A DNA stretch of 64,000 bases, taken from Camelus dromedarius (Eukaryota). This document shows positions 1-13,771 of the stretch, piece by piece. The stretch spans positions 45,696,001-45,760,000 of the forward strand of contig NC_087447.1 in the NCBI RefSeq assembly GCF_036321535.1, in the 5' to 3' direction. A model generated the notes under the pieces. It was not told the origin of the DNA, ran no database searches, and worked only from the letters and a program-made list of their open reading frames with translations. The translations under genes and the position numbers were made by a program. Every line of letters begins with the position of its first letter. The stretch's first letter is position 1.

Positions 1-3000
1 TTTTGAGAGCCTAATAGCTTTCCTCCATCATCTCATGTATAAGATTGGCCTTTTCTCCAAGTAGTCATCAAATGATCAGGTTGAAATAATAAGGTGATAT
101 TCTAACTAGTTACCTATACAGACCTTTTTTTGCAGTTAAAAATGATCATATGATTTAAGAAAACAAAACTGTAATAATTACTCCTCCTTTCCTGACTCTG
201 AGTACATAGTGATAAAATGAGGGAAACATATGCATCTAAATTTTGTTAAATCTAGTTTCTATGACAGACAACAGGGCTTTATTTCTCTTAGCTTTTTGAA
301 AATAATCTAACTGCTATCACATGAGGGATAATCTCAATCCTACTTACTGAATGAAAGAGGGAAAAAAGGTCCTAATAGGTCAACTCCAACAGAGGCAAGA
401 GGACAAAAAGGAGATTGGAGTCTCCTTTGCCCTGACACAAAGAGGATTGAGCTGCTAGGTAGATATGAATCTCTACAAGACCTATGAATCTCCTGTCTTT
501 CCTCTACTTTCTACATTACTTAAACACCCACCACATCTCCATAGAAACCAAAGGTAGATTACCTCTAAATTAGCCTTTTTCCATTTTTTAATAAACCAGA
601 AAACATTAGAATTAATGAGGATCCAGTCATCTAGAACCCAGAAATCTTAGGGACAACTTTGCTTATATCGTTAATTACTTGGGGTCCAGAAATACAAGAA
701 AATATGACCTAACTACCCATGAAAACCTTTGAATTCTAAATCATGTTAATCTAGTCCTTCATCTTTTGTTGTTGTTTTTGTTGTTGTTAAAAAATTCTAA
801 ACACAGAGAAGACATGGACAGAAATATTGAGTAAAACAAGATTTTAAAACCTTATTTGATCATTTTTTCTTAAAATAAACTGTCATCACAACCTTTCGTC
901 AGCTCGCAATTCCCAATTTGTAGGGAATGAGCTGGGGGCTGGCCTGGCATATGAATGGGCTGGTTGCATCAATTTGTTTCCAGCAACATTTCCAGCACAT
1001 ATTATGGATGACTGGCTGGATATTACTAAGTGCCTGGGTTGATCACAGAGCATCATCATCCTCCTGAGGCCCCTCCTGAGCATTAATACTCTTCTCATCC
1101 TTGACTTCCTTCCCAGAGGCAAGTTGGTGTCAGACTTGGAACATAGGGTCAGGACGTTCTCTGGTTTCTAGAGGAAAAGGAGTCTACCAGGAGCATATCT
1201 CCTGGATCACCTTTGGAGCAAGTTGATTTTGAGCTCTTTAGGAGTGAAATTAAGGGAATGTGAGAGATGGAGATATCTTAAGATGGAGGGAAAAAGGAGT
1301 CTTTCTATCCTACTTATCTGACAAGACTCAGAACATCTTGAGTATATATATGTGTGTGTGTATATGTGTATATATGTGTATATATATATCCAGTAGCAAA
1401 AATGTATAATTATAATCTTTCTCCCAGCTTTCCCCAAAAGGACCTCTGGTCTTTTAGCAGGCTGAATGACTGGAGAAAAGGAAATAATCAGGCTACAAAG
1501 TTATTCTCTCTTTCCTCCTCTTGGTGACATATTTATTAAAAATTTTATGATTTATCATCCAGACTTAATGATGGTACTAATATTTAAATTCTCCTAGGAT
1601 GTGTCATGACTCAGTATCTTAACTGGGTTGAGAAGTTAGTGAGGTTTCAACTTATTACTTCCTAACATAGTAGCCCCTCCCCCAAAGAAATCAAAGCTCA
1701 GGGCAAAGGTATTATATGCTATTACCTTACTGGAGGCTCTGATACTAAAAACTATAAATGAAGGACAAGATGGGAGGTCCTTAATTATGATGCATCATTG
1801 AAACTGACTGCTGCTAAATGTGACTACGTGTTCCATTTTATGAGACTATTCCTTAAAACTTGTATCTCATTATTGATATTTATAGGAGAGGAAAGGGGAC
1901 TTGATTTACCCACTGGCTCCCACCCATCATTCATAGAAGAATCAACCCCATTCATTTTCTGATTAATAGTATTGATAGCTTTGACCTTGAGAATGGGGTT
2001 TGGCGTGTGGCATAAGGTGAACACTACAACGTTGTGCTTGAGTGAATTTATTCAGAGTCCACCAAGGATTTATCACGTCAGATCAGTTGAAACAAGAGAC
2101 GTTTGAGGGCCAGTGGTTTTGGAGGATGCTTAAGAAGCAGTTTTATTTTCTAAAGCTTATTTTCTAAGCTTTTAAAAATTCTGAACTTTCAATACATTTG
2201 TGGATTATTTGGGTTTCCAAACCTAAGTTCTCTGAGTATCTTAGATTAAGACACTTAACTACTCAGTATTAGCTACTTTGTGTTTAAATTTATATATGAA
2301 AACATGTAGAGAAATTAAGCAAGCATTTACCTTTGTAAAAATGTTTTAGAAACTGTATTATAGTAGTGATAATAATAATAATTGATAATATTTGTAGTAG
2401 TTGTCATTGTAGTATCTATTAAGCATATGTAAGACTTGAAGTAAAGATCTGATCCACACAGTAATTATGGTCGGAATTAAAGATGAGTCATTAATGAATA
2501 AAGCCAAAATATATGGGAAAAGCAGAAAACTCTTTTCTGTGTATGAGGCTTTTTGATAAGACCAACATGGTGTACACATCTTTGAGGTATCAAATTTGCC
2601 ATGCATGGAGACACAAATTTTATGAAATAATTTATTTTTCTTATGATTTTATATATCAAATGCAATGTTTAAATGATTATTTTACTGGTGAAAGTAATTA
2701 TCATCATTCTTAAATGCTAGAGAGTATTATTTTGTATGGAAAAAAATAGTGATTCTGTCCATTCAAGAAACATTTTTCATTCAACAAATATTGAATGCCT
2801 TGCTTTTTATAAATTAGGCATTACTACAGTTACTAGTGATATAAACACTAATAAAAGAAATTTCAACATTATAGCAAAATTTTGCAAAGTTGAGCTATGA
2901 GATTTATGTGACTTGCGTAGGTGAGATCATTGGCCCAAAGAAATACACAAAGTTATGGTACAAATATGATCTTATACACACTTACATTTATTTTAACTGT

Positions 3001-3215
3001 ATTGAACACTTGAAAAAATAATTACATTGTATATGGACATATAGCATATTCTAAAATGTATAGTTACCCTTATTTTTTTAGTATTTATGTACTTATGAGT
3101 TAGGTCCATTCTTTCTGACCAATAGCAAGGTAACAATAATCATGTATCTGAACATACTAATATAGTGGTAATTTTTCCACTGCATGGAAGGAGAACTTCA
3201 TTTCTCAACACTGAC

Positions 3216-3480
3216 GGGGGTGGGAAGGAACAGAATGGGATTTCAAAATTTTAGATACTGACAGGCATATGTAGAATAGATAAACAAGATTATACTGTAT
3301 AGCACAGGGAAATACATACGAGATCTTGTGGTAGCTCACAGTGAAAAAAAAAGTGACAATGAATATATGTATGTTCAGGTATAACTGAAAAATTGTGTTC
3401 TACACAGGTATTTGACACAACATTGTAAAATGACTGTAACTCAATAAAAAAAAAGTTAAAAATAAACAAACAAACAGAAG
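3216..3480 (+). mobile_element. 5'-truncated LINE-1 3' UTR with A-rich tail (same family as 46670-47917)
   Basis: Colinear with the 3' UTR at about 47695-47917 that follows an L1 ORF2 C-terminus; ends in AATAAA plus A-rich tail. Confidence 0.85.
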
Positions 3481-3495
3481 AAATTAAAGTTTTCT

Positions 3496-3720
3496 TACTG
3501 TATAGCACAGGAACTATATTCAATATCTTATAGCAACTTATGATTAAAAAGAATATGAAAATGAATATATGTATGTTCTTATATGACTAAAGTATTGTGC
3601 TGTACACCAGAAATTGACACAACACTGTAAACTGACTGTACTTCAATAAAAACATGTTAAAAAAAAAGGTCAAAAAAAAGAAAAAAGTACAGAAAGTAAA
3701 AAACAAAAAAACAAAAAAAC
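3496..3720 (+). mobile_element. Second LINE-1 3' end, different subfamily, in tandem with the first
   Basis: tactgtatagcacaggaactatattcaatatc...gctgtacaccagaaattgacacaacactgtaaactgactgtacttcaataaaa followed by A-rich tail; same terminal motif seen at 33519 and (minus) at about 48011. Confidence 0.75.
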
Positions 3721-6329
3721 CACCGTAAGGCTCTGGCTCTCTGTCATTGTAGAACCAGGAAGTTCCTTAAGGCTGCTGAATTTAGATGTTCTCTTCAAAA
3801 CTTTGATCTTCTTCTTGTACTTGAACGTCTATATCCTCATATAATACTCTGTGACTTCTTCAGATGAATGCATGTTAAGAACGTCGTATTTTTAACAACT
3901 CTTTCTTGCAGTCTTGAGAAAATTAGAATGCACAACATGACCACAATTTCAATTATGAGTATGCTGTATTCTACAGTTGGGGAGGAAAACTTTAGTTTTG
4001 ACTCCACAGCTAAGGTTTTAAATAACTCAGTTGTATTGCATGGTTAAATTCATTTAATGTCTGTGACAATTTGCCTTAGTGATTTCATGCTTTAAAAGAG
4101 ATTTGGGACACAAATAGTACTAGCTGTTCTTTCAAATTCTTTTTTTTTTTTTTAGCTTAATTAGATGAATTAGCTTAAACCACTCTTTTTTAAAGGGACA
4201 TTTTTATTTATTATCTTATTAATTTGTGCTGGATATTGGTTTATTTTGTATAGTTTTTACCTGGGAACAATGTTCTTGAAGAATTATTTTAACTTGTACT
4301 CTCTTGTATATTTTGTCTTATATTGTTTTCTGTGTTATCAGAAGTTTAAGACTTTACCTTATGTCAGTGTTCGTTTTCAAACAATTCCTCCTAGGAATTG
4401 CTAGGAGAATGCTAGGTTCTTTCATTCCTCCTCCTGAATGAACTCTGGTAAGGCTTTAGAGAATCTACATAGCCAAAAGCTGAGTTCATAAGGCAGTGCT
4501 GTGATATATTTTCAGTACTTTTCTACTGAGTCATTCTTATCTGTGTCTTAACTGCAAATGAAACTAAAATGGGAGCTGGAGATGGACAATACATTGTACA
4601 ATCAGGCCAATAGACATCATTAGAACAAGAGCCTCAGGTTTTTCTTGAAGTGTTATTTTTTAAGAAGCTGTATATTTAGATAGAGATGAAATTTGCAGGG
4701 CTACCAGGAAGCAGGTTTAAATGCTTCTAATTCATGAGAATATTTTGGCGGGGTTGTATTGCATTAAACTATTAAGATAAATGTAAGAATTTAAATATAT
4801 CTCTTAATAATGTAAAGGATCGTCGCATCCCATACTTTTATGTACTTTACGTGCACATAGTATAAATTCATTTTTCTTAAATTATTGCAAATTCATTTTA
4901 CTTAAAGTGAAACCCACATGACAAAGAATTGAATATTCATTATACACTTATATAAACACATTGAAAAATACATTAAACATTTCTGTCAAAGTATTTGGGA
5001 AGACCCTGGGGGCTATGAAAACTTTAATACCTCTAAGAAAATGGGAAGTTAAGGATCCCCCCACTTATGTACCGCATTGTATTATCAGATAACTGTTTCC
5101 CATGTTTTATTTTAATTAATAGGTAAACTACATACACCCCCCCAGTGATGAAAATCACATTATTTCTGTGGTTTCCATCCACTGGGAGCTTGAAAATTTA
5201 TTGTTCTCTTAACTAGGAGACCAAGCTGAACATTGAGACAGCCCCATGGCAATGAGTTTAAGATATCCATTATCACATACTTACATTATTACCATAATAG
5301 CAACATTATGAAGAAGCAAATCCAACTGACTGTTATTCACCAACTTCATTGTCAAAGAAAGGGATTGTAGTTACCTTAAACTCTGCCAAAAATTCCAGCA
5401 AAACTAATCAAAGCTGACTCTGAAAAATTATTTTCCAGATCCTTTATCTACTGTGATGTAACATTCATTTCTGTTAGAAACCCTTTGAGTTCACAACACA
5501 ATGAGTGTTGTTAGACTTCAGGAGTGATGGACTGGGCTCCTGTGGAGGCTATACTGATGGCTGCCAAAAGTTAAAATAACTCCAACCAATGGTTCCACAT
5601 TGGAATCTGTAATATCAGTTTTCCTTTCTTTAGAGTACCAATTGCACTCTCAAGGATCCTCATTCTTTATTTTACACTTACCTGGAAGTGGATTGATATT
5701 CAATACTTAAATCGTTTAAGTCATCTTTTTCTTTTGAGGGGGAAAGGGCTGATTATTTTTACAATCTTTTTGAGATTGTCCTTAAGATTATCTTCAGGAG
5801 GTATGACAGAGGCAATATCATGGCAAAGGTTCCTTGATATTTTAAAGTGGGAAAATAAGGAAGTGATCCTTGAGAAGAATATTATAACATTATTATGTAC
5901 TCCAAAATTTATCTGAATGTTTACAATAGAAAATTAGACTAGGCTTACATCTATCAGTAGAAAATTTATGTAAAATTCTATTACATTATAGGTACACCAA
6001 ATTTAATCAGAGAAACTCCCAGAGATTAAATTAAGGGACCTATCTGCAAGACTCCTGATCTCTCTTTTCCTCAAGAATAATGAATTACCATAGCCAGAGG
6101 CTGCAGCCTATCAGCAAACCTAAAGAGAAGTTACCAAAAGTCTTAAAATGGGGAGTGTTTCTCAAGACTTGAATTATCTGATCATGTCATGTCATTTTGA
6201 GGCTCCAGTTATTATTTCCTCACATGGAAAAATAAACCAGCAACTGCTTGTCAAGTATTAATATGGAGATAGAGTCTATATGATTAGATGGAGATTTTCA
6301 CCCCTAAAGATCAATAAGTGTAATGTTCC

Positions 6330-7254
6330 TTACTTACCAGTAAATGCTCGAATCACACACTCTCTAATTTGCTTTGTCCTTACCTCATAGACGATAGAGT
6401 TGAGGGCAGGTGGAAGTGCCACATAGATGTTGGCAACAAGAATGTGGACATAAGCAGGTATTTTTTGACCAAACCGGTGAGTGAGGAAAGAGAAGAGAGA
6501 AGGAGTATAGAAAACAAACATGACTGCAGCATGGGAGCCACGAGTGCTCAGTGTCTTGTCACGTGCATCTTGGGATTTGAGACGGAATACAGTACGGAGG
6601 ATGTAGCCATAGGAGATTCCGACCAGTATTAGGGCAAGGACAAGGAAGGAAGCAACAAAAAGACCATAGATGGCATTGATTCAAATGTTGATACGAGCCA
6701 AGTTGGCAATGCCCATGTGCTCACAGTAGGTGTGGGCAATAACGCGAGCATCACAAAAGGGCAGATGGTGGATTACGTAGATCATGGGCAGTGTGAGCAC
6801 AACTGCACTCAATACAACACTGAGTCCAATTCCTGACAGTACCCAGACTGTCAGGATGGTTGTGTAATGGCGTGGTGCACAGATGGCCCCATAGCGATCA
6901 AAGGCCATTGCCAGCAGGACTGCAGACTTCATTCCTGTGAAGGTGTGTATGAAAAACATCTGGGCCACACAGGCTCCAAAGCTAATTTCATGAGCATTAA
7001 ACCAGAAGATACCTAACATATGTGGTACTGAGGATGTGGAAAGGGCCAGATCTATGGCTGATAGAATGGCCAGAAGGAAGAACATTAGATCCCGGAGGGT
7101 TCTCTCCATCCATATGACTGTCAAAATTGTGACATTGCCAATAAGAACCATTAAATACAAACAAGAAAATCCAGGCATGGACAGTCTCAAGCCCTGGGAT
7201 TCCCAAAAGAAAAACTGTGGATGGATGGAATATGGTTATATTCTGATGGGGCAT
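6330..7254 (-). pseudogene. OR52J: Class I olfactory receptor pseudogene, OR52J3-like
   Basis: ATG 7254 ([23 protein letters not shown]), 11-bp frameshifting deletion at about 7158-7167 relative to the paralog at 57044-57979, in-frame TGA at 6683-6681, then same frame to stop at 6330. Degenerate motifs: [41 protein letters not shown]. Confidence 0.95.
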
Positions 7255-9311
7255 TCTGGATTTGGCTGGAATTAGGAGAAGATGGGGTCCATTTCTAAAA
7301 AGAAAAAAGGGGGGGAAGCACAAGAGCAGTTTCAAATTATAAGTTTTTATTTTATTAGAGTATAAATAAAGCAGTGATATTGTTTCCTATGTTCTTTGGT
7401 ACTTTTTTTCCATGAACGAAGACTGATATCTGGATTAATATAAAATGTAAGGACTTTCCAAATTGAGGATGTTGAGACCAAATGTAACAAATCATTACGG
7501 CAAAGAAAAAAATGTGTAGATGCATACACACAGCCACACTAACATAAAGAAATATACATGTAAAAGCCATACACATATAATCATATACTGTATCCCAAAT
7601 GGCTTCAATATGTTTCGTTTAATACTAATTTTCACATGAATTCAAATTCAAAAAGTCACCTATCAAACCAACAGGTATTCCTTGCTAAAGCATTCAGTGA
7701 ACACTTGTAGATAAACACCATCAAACAAACCCTAAACCGAGACAGGTGCAGACATTGCACAAGTAGAGAACAAGTCTAACCCGAAACATTTCTTATTAGA
7801 GCACTGTGAATTCCTTCATACTTAGACCGTAGTGAAACATAGGGCAACAAAGAGAACTTGAGGTTTTTCCCTCTTCTTGTATACAGGCAGAATATCCAAG
7901 AAAGACAATAGTCTGAGTAGTTGAAATAAAGGGGTTTAAGGGAAAAACTCATCATGGACCTAGCTCTCCCAGGTCATGAATAATTAGTAATGTTTAAACC
8001 CTACTCAGAGCAATATGCAGAGGTTCTTACCCCATCATTTGATAATTCATTTTTAACACAGAAAACCAGACAAAAAAGGAAAGAAAAGAATTTTAGGGAA
8101 GCAATAAACATGGGGAAAAAAAGGAAGTTAAGAGGAAAGAAACATGGTAGGTTGTATGGAAAATAGGAAGAAGGAAATGGAAAAAAAGAATTATTTAAAA
8201 AAAAAAGTTTAGCTCTAAACAAATTTAGGATAATTGGAGAAAATAAAAGCCCCAAAGTTGTGATAAATGTATGTTTTCCAAGATCTTTAACATTACTGAC
8301 AAGCTGGCTTGCAAGTCAGAGGTTCTCTGATACCTAAAGTCTCTCTTGCAGGACTCAGTTCCCTGCTGCCTCTCTTGGTGTCTGTTTTTAAGCCTACTTT
8401 CATCAAAGTTTCTCCCCAACTTAAATTCTTCTACTGCCGTGAAAGGCCATTACCTTCACTATCCTGCATTTATCAGAGAGAATAGGAATTACTAAATTTT
8501 AAATCAATCTCCGTATTTCCTAGACACTGACTATTGAGTAATGAATATGCCAGAAATTGTCATCAGAGAACCTCACTCTTGATCAGTAGTCTGTAGAACA
8601 GAGTCATGAGGGATACACAATAATCCCTTATGAAAATCAATTCAAGCCTTCCTTCTTACCTATGAGCAAAGGATTACTTAGATTCCTTGGTCAAGTTAGG
8701 TTAATATATAAACTATCTCCAGCAGTAATAGGAAACAGAGAATCCCTATTATGCCTACCCCACTGTATAAAGTTTGAAACTTCTGGCCCACAGTCTCCTA
8801 AGGGACAACTCAGAAAATAAACCCATGATGAATTTGGTTTGTTAGTGTTTTGTTGAGGATTTTTGCATTCATATTTATAAACACATATTGGTCTGTAGTT
8901 CTTTTCTTGTAGTGTCTATTCTGGTTTTCATATAGGAATAATGCTGGCCTCAAGAAATGAGTTTGGAAATGTTCATTGATTTTCAGTTTTTAAAAATGTT
9001 TTGAGGAAGACTGGTGTTAATTCTTCTTAAAATATTTGGTAGAATTCACCAGGGAAGCCATCTTGTAGGGAGGTTTTTGATTACAGATTCAATTTTCTTA
9101 CTAGCTGCAGGTCAGTTTATTTAGTCTATTTCCTCATGATTCAGTCTTTGTAGTTTTGTATTTCTAGAAACTTTTCTATTTAATTTAGATTACCTAATTT
9201 TTAGCCTTTTTAATTTCTATGAAATCAGTTGTGTCTTCTCATTCATTTCTGATTTTAGTTATTAGAATTATCTGTTTTTTCTTTATAAATGTAGCTAAGT
9301 TAATCAATTTT

Positions 9312-9401
9312 AAATAATTTTATATTTATTACTATTTTTTAATGGAGGTACTGGGAATCATGCATGCTAAGTGCACACTCTACCACTGAGCTATAACCCT
9401 C
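9312..9401 (-). mobile_element. tRNA-Ala-derived SINE with internal deletion, inserted in L1
   Basis: Reverse complement matches the SINE at 36366-36486 but lacks the B-box segment; flanked by tcaatttt at 9304-9311 and 9402-9409 (candidate TSD). Confidence 0.8.
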
Positions 9402-9898
9402 TCAATTTTGTTCATCTTTTCAAAGAACTAAAACTTGGTTTCCACTGACTTTTCTCTGTTGCTTTTCTAGTCTCTATTTTTTCCACCTATGTTTAACTTT
9501 AATGATTTTCTTCTTTCTGATAGCTTGAGGTTTAGTCCATTCTTCTTTTTCTAGTCCCTTAAGGTGAAAACTTAGATTCTTTTTCTTTTAATGTAAGGGT
9601 TTATGGATGTATGTTTTTCCCCTTAGCATTGTTTTACTGCATCCTATAAGTTTGAAATGTTGTATTTTTATTTTATTGTTTTCAGTATTTGCTAATTGTT
9701 CTTGTGATTTATCCCTTGACCCATTGATTGTTTGAGTGTGTTGTTTAATTTCCACCTGTCTGTGGTTTCTAATTTTTCTTTTGCTATTGATTTCTAGCTT
9801 TATTCTATTGTGACTGAAAATTATACTTTGCATGATTTCAGTCTTTACATTTAGTAAGACTTGTTTTGTGCCCTAAAATATGATCTCTACTAGACATA

Positions 9899-9901
<3 letters not shown>

Positions 9902-9938
<37 letters not shown>
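9902..9938. repeat. (TG)n microsatellite
   Basis: Uninterrupted tg run seen directly. Confidence 0.95.
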
Positions 9939-9940
<2 letters not shown>

Positions 9941-10329
9941 TCTGCTATTGCTGAGTGGAATGGTCTGAACATGTTAAGTCTAAATGCTCCATAGTATTGT
10001 TAAAGTCCTCTATTTCCTTAGCAGTTGTCTGTCTGGTTGTTCAAATTATCATTGAAACTGGGGTATTGAAGTCTCCTATGATTATTTCTTCAATTCAGTC
10101 AATTTTTATTTCATTAATTTGGGAGCTCTGATGCATAGTGAATATATGTTTATAATTGTTTCTATCTTATTGGTGAAATGAGTTTTCCTCATTGTATAAT
10201 CACTGTCTCCTATAACAATTTTTGACTTAAAGTTTATTTTGTCTGATATTAATATACTATCCTTGTTCTCTTTTCTTTGTAATAGCATGGGAAATCTTTC
10301 CCCCTTTTTCTCTTTCAATCTGTACATAA

Positions 10330-12795
10330 CATATGTGACAGACTGTGAGGCATCTTTTTATAAACTTATTTGCCATCAATATACCTTCTTTGGTGTGGAG
10401 TCTGTTAAGGTCTGTGTACCATCTTTTCATTGAGTTGTTTATTTTTTTATTGATAAACTGTTAAGATTTCTTTGTATATTTTGAACACAGTCCTTGATAC
10501 GACTTTTGAAAATATTTTTGCCCAATCTGTGGCTTGTTTATTCACTCTTGACAGTGTCTTTCACAGAGCAAACATTTTCCTTTTTAATGAAGTTTGATTT
10601 ATCAATGGTATCTTTCATGGATCAACCTTTTATGTAATATATAAAAATCATCATCATAACCACTGTTGCTTAGATTTTCTCTTTTATTCCTCAGGAGTTT
10701 TAGAGTTTTGTGTTTTACACTTAGGTCTGTAATCCATTTTGAGTTAGTTTTTGTGAAAAGTGTAATGTCTATGTACAGATTTGCATGTGGGTGTCCAGTT
10801 GTTCCACTATTGTAACCATTTAAAAATATTATTTGTAAGCATTTGTAAAAATATCGTTTTTGCTCCATTTTACTGCCTTTGCTACTTGTCATAGATCAGT
10901 TGACTGTATTTATGGGGGTCTATTTATGACCACTATATTTTGTTTCATTGATCTGTTTGCTATTCTTTTGCCAATACCACACTCTCATTCATTATTTTAG
11001 ACTACCCAGTCCTCCAACTTTGTTCTTCTCCTTCGTTGTTGCATTGGTTATTCTATTCTCCTCCATATAAACTGTAATATCAGATTTTCTATATACTACA
11101 TGGCATAACTTTCTGGGATATTGATTGGGATTGTATTGCATCTATACATCAAGTTAGGAAAACTGACATCTTGACAATATTGAGGCGTCCTACACATAAA
11201 CTTGGAAAATCTTTCCATTACATAGTTTCCTTACTTTTCTGTACAGTTTTATAGTTTCTCCTCATATATATCTCATACATATATTGTCAGATTTATACTT
11301 AGGTATTTTATTTTTGAGTACTATTATAAATAGCGATGTATTTTTATTTTAAATTACACTTTTTTATTGCTGGTATAGAGGAATAAGATTGACTTTTGTA
11401 TATTAACCTTGTATCAGGCAACCTTGCTATAATTACTTAATTCCACAAATTTTTGTCAATTCTTTTGGATTTTCTACACAGATGATTATATCATCTGTAA
11501 TCAAAGACAGTTTTATTTCTTCTTCCCCAAACTCTATTCCTTTTATTTCCTTTTATTGTCTTATTGCTAAGATTGCCAATATGAAGTTAAAAAGCAGTGG
11601 AGAGAGGGAACATCTTTGCCTTCTTCCTGATCTTAGTGAAAAAGCTTTGAATTCTCATTATTAGGTACAATGTTAGCTATAGGCTTTCTGTAGATATTCT
11701 TTATCAAACTAAGTTAGTTACCTTCTTCTTAGTTTTCTGAGAATTTTTATCATGAATGAATTTGGGGTATTGTGAAACACTTTTTATCTTCATTTATTCT
11801 TAATATGATCATGTGATTTTTTTCTTCTTTATCATGTTAATGTGATGGACTATATTCATTGACTTTAAATGTTCAACCAGTCTTACTTACCTGGAACAAA
11901 TTGCCCTGGTCATGGTCTGAAATTCTTTTTTTACATTGTTGGATTTGATTTGCTAATATTTTCCTGAGAATTTTTTCATCTAAGTTTATAACAGATATTG
12001 GTCAGTATTTTTATTTTTTTGTAATATCTTTGGATTTGGTATTAGGGAAATGCTGACCTCACAGAATGAGTTAGGAAATGTTCCTTCCTCTGCAGTTTTC
12101 TTAGGAACTTTTCTCTTAATATTTGGCAGAATTCACTTGTGTAGCCATCTAGTCCTGCACTATTGTTTGTTGGGAGTTTTTAAATTACTGATTCAATTTG
12201 AGTACTGGTAATTGGTCTGTTCATATTTTCTGTTTCTTCTGGGGTCAGTCTTGAGAGAGTGTACATTTCTACGAATTTGTCCATTTCTTGTAGGTTGTCA
12301 TTTTATTCGCATATAGTTGTTAATAGTAATCTCTTATGATTCTTTGGATTTCTGTTGTGTCATCTGTTCCTTTTCCTTTTTCATTTTGATTTATGGATTT
12401 GGGACTTCTCTCTTTTTCTCTTGATGAATCATGCTAAAAGTTTATTGATTTTATTTATCTTTTAAAAGAACCAGCTCATAGTTTCATTGATCTTTTCTTT
12501 CTTTTTTTATCCTCTATTTCATTTATTTCTTCTCAGATCTTTATGATTTATTTCCTTCTGTGAACTTTGGGTTTTCTTTTTTCGTCTTCTAGTTTCTTTA
12601 GGTGGAAGGTTAGGTTGTTTATTTGAGATTTTTCTTGTTTCCTGAGATAAACTTATATTGCTGTAAACTTCCCTTTTAAAAACTTTTGCTGCATCCCATA
12701 GGTTTTTGATCATTGTATTTTTGTGTTCTTTAGTCTCTAGGTATTTTTTTTTTTTATTTCCTCTTTGATTTCTTCAGTGATCCATTTGTTGTTTA
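10330..12795 (-). mobile_element. LINE-1 ORF2 sequence (probably two subfamilies joined near 12075)
   Basis: ORF2-like peptides on minus strand (TKTNSKWITDLSVKHKTLKLL; NLWDAAKVFKR); degenerate with many stops and indels. Confidence 0.8.
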
Positions 12796-13770
12796 GTGGG
12801 TGAAGCTGGAGAGGTAGGGGCTAGAGCTGGAGCTGGTTGTGAGAAGGGATATTCCCTCTGCCCAGTGTTCATCACTGACCTATCAGGGGTGGTATCTGAT
12901 TCCAAGTTGTTTGTGCCTGAGCTCTTTTTCCCTTTTAGTTTGTGTTTTCCCCTCTTCTTTCACCCAGACCCTTGCCCCAGAATGAGGAAGTGCCGAAAAT
13001 ATTGGGAACTGTGCAGTCTCTCAGCTCATGTTGGCCTCAGGCAGAGAGCCAAGGTGTCTCAAATGTGCTGTCTATGTGGGTGCCCGCAATTGATTCCCTT
13101 GCTTCGTGCAGATGTAGCCTCGGGTGCAAGTCCCCTTTGTCTCTCACAGCCAATCACTATTCTTCGCCTCCATGGCCACTCTCCCTGCTTGATTGTAGGT
13201 TGTAGTGCCCCAGATCTAATGCTGTTCTGTAACATGGAGTGATTGGGGCCAGAACATTCACTCAGCTCAGGTTGGTACACCTTACACTCACCAAAGTGGT
13301 CTTGGGAAACCTGGCAGCCACTAGAGCAGACCTCTCTCTACCTTGAGTTCAGGGCAAGTCAAGCTCATACATGCTCCTCATGAGCAAAGTCCAGGCTTTC
13401 TACACCCTCCTTTTACTCCCACTGGGCCTCCAACCAGCCAAGAGAGCTCTTCTCCTGTACATAGGACCCCAAGACTGGGCTGCCCAATCTGTGACTGTCA
13501 CTGCTAACTCCTCACTCCTCATGGCAGGTGTTTACCCATGTATTCTTCCTCTTCCTCTGTGTGTCCTCCCAGGGCACAGGTCCCAACCCGATCACTTTTC
13601 TTCCCTTCTCAGCTAATTACATGTGGATCTTTCTTAGAGCCTTGATTGTACAGGAGTCCTGCTAGTTTCCAGTTAGTTTTCAGTGAGAATTGTTCCACAC
13701 GTAGATGTATTTTTGATATGTTTGTTGAAGGAAGTAAACTTCATATCCTCTTACTCCATCACCTTGATCC
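12796..13770 (-). mobile_element. LINE-1 5' UTR (laurasiatherian L1MA9-like type)
   Basis: GC-richer block whose reverse complement begins ggatcaaggtgatggagtaagaggat...aaacatatcaaaaatacatctacgtgtggaacaattctcactgaaaactaactggaaact, resembling L1 5' ends I recall from laurasiatherian genomes; abuts ORF2 sequence at 12795. Confidence 0.65.
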
Positions 13771-13771
13771 A

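Larger units (their letters stand above)
8830..10325 (-). mobile_element. Old LINE-1 ORF2 fragment (endonuclease/linker region)
   Basis: Minus-strand translations contain L1 ORF2-like peptides (IIFSHNRIKLEINSKRK; ILISDKINFKSK; IINIYS). Interrupted by a SINE and a (TG)n tract; appears to resume at about 13772. Confidence 0.8.

Noticed and set aside
886..1260. GC-richer segment with 78-aa ORF
   Set aside because: No recognisable protein or OR motif and non-ATG start; could be a non-coding exon or repeat but I cannot support a call.
12796..13616. Cluster of 73-148 aa ORFs in a GC-richer block
   Set aside because: Best explained as L1 5' UTR sequence; peptides resemble nothing I recognise.
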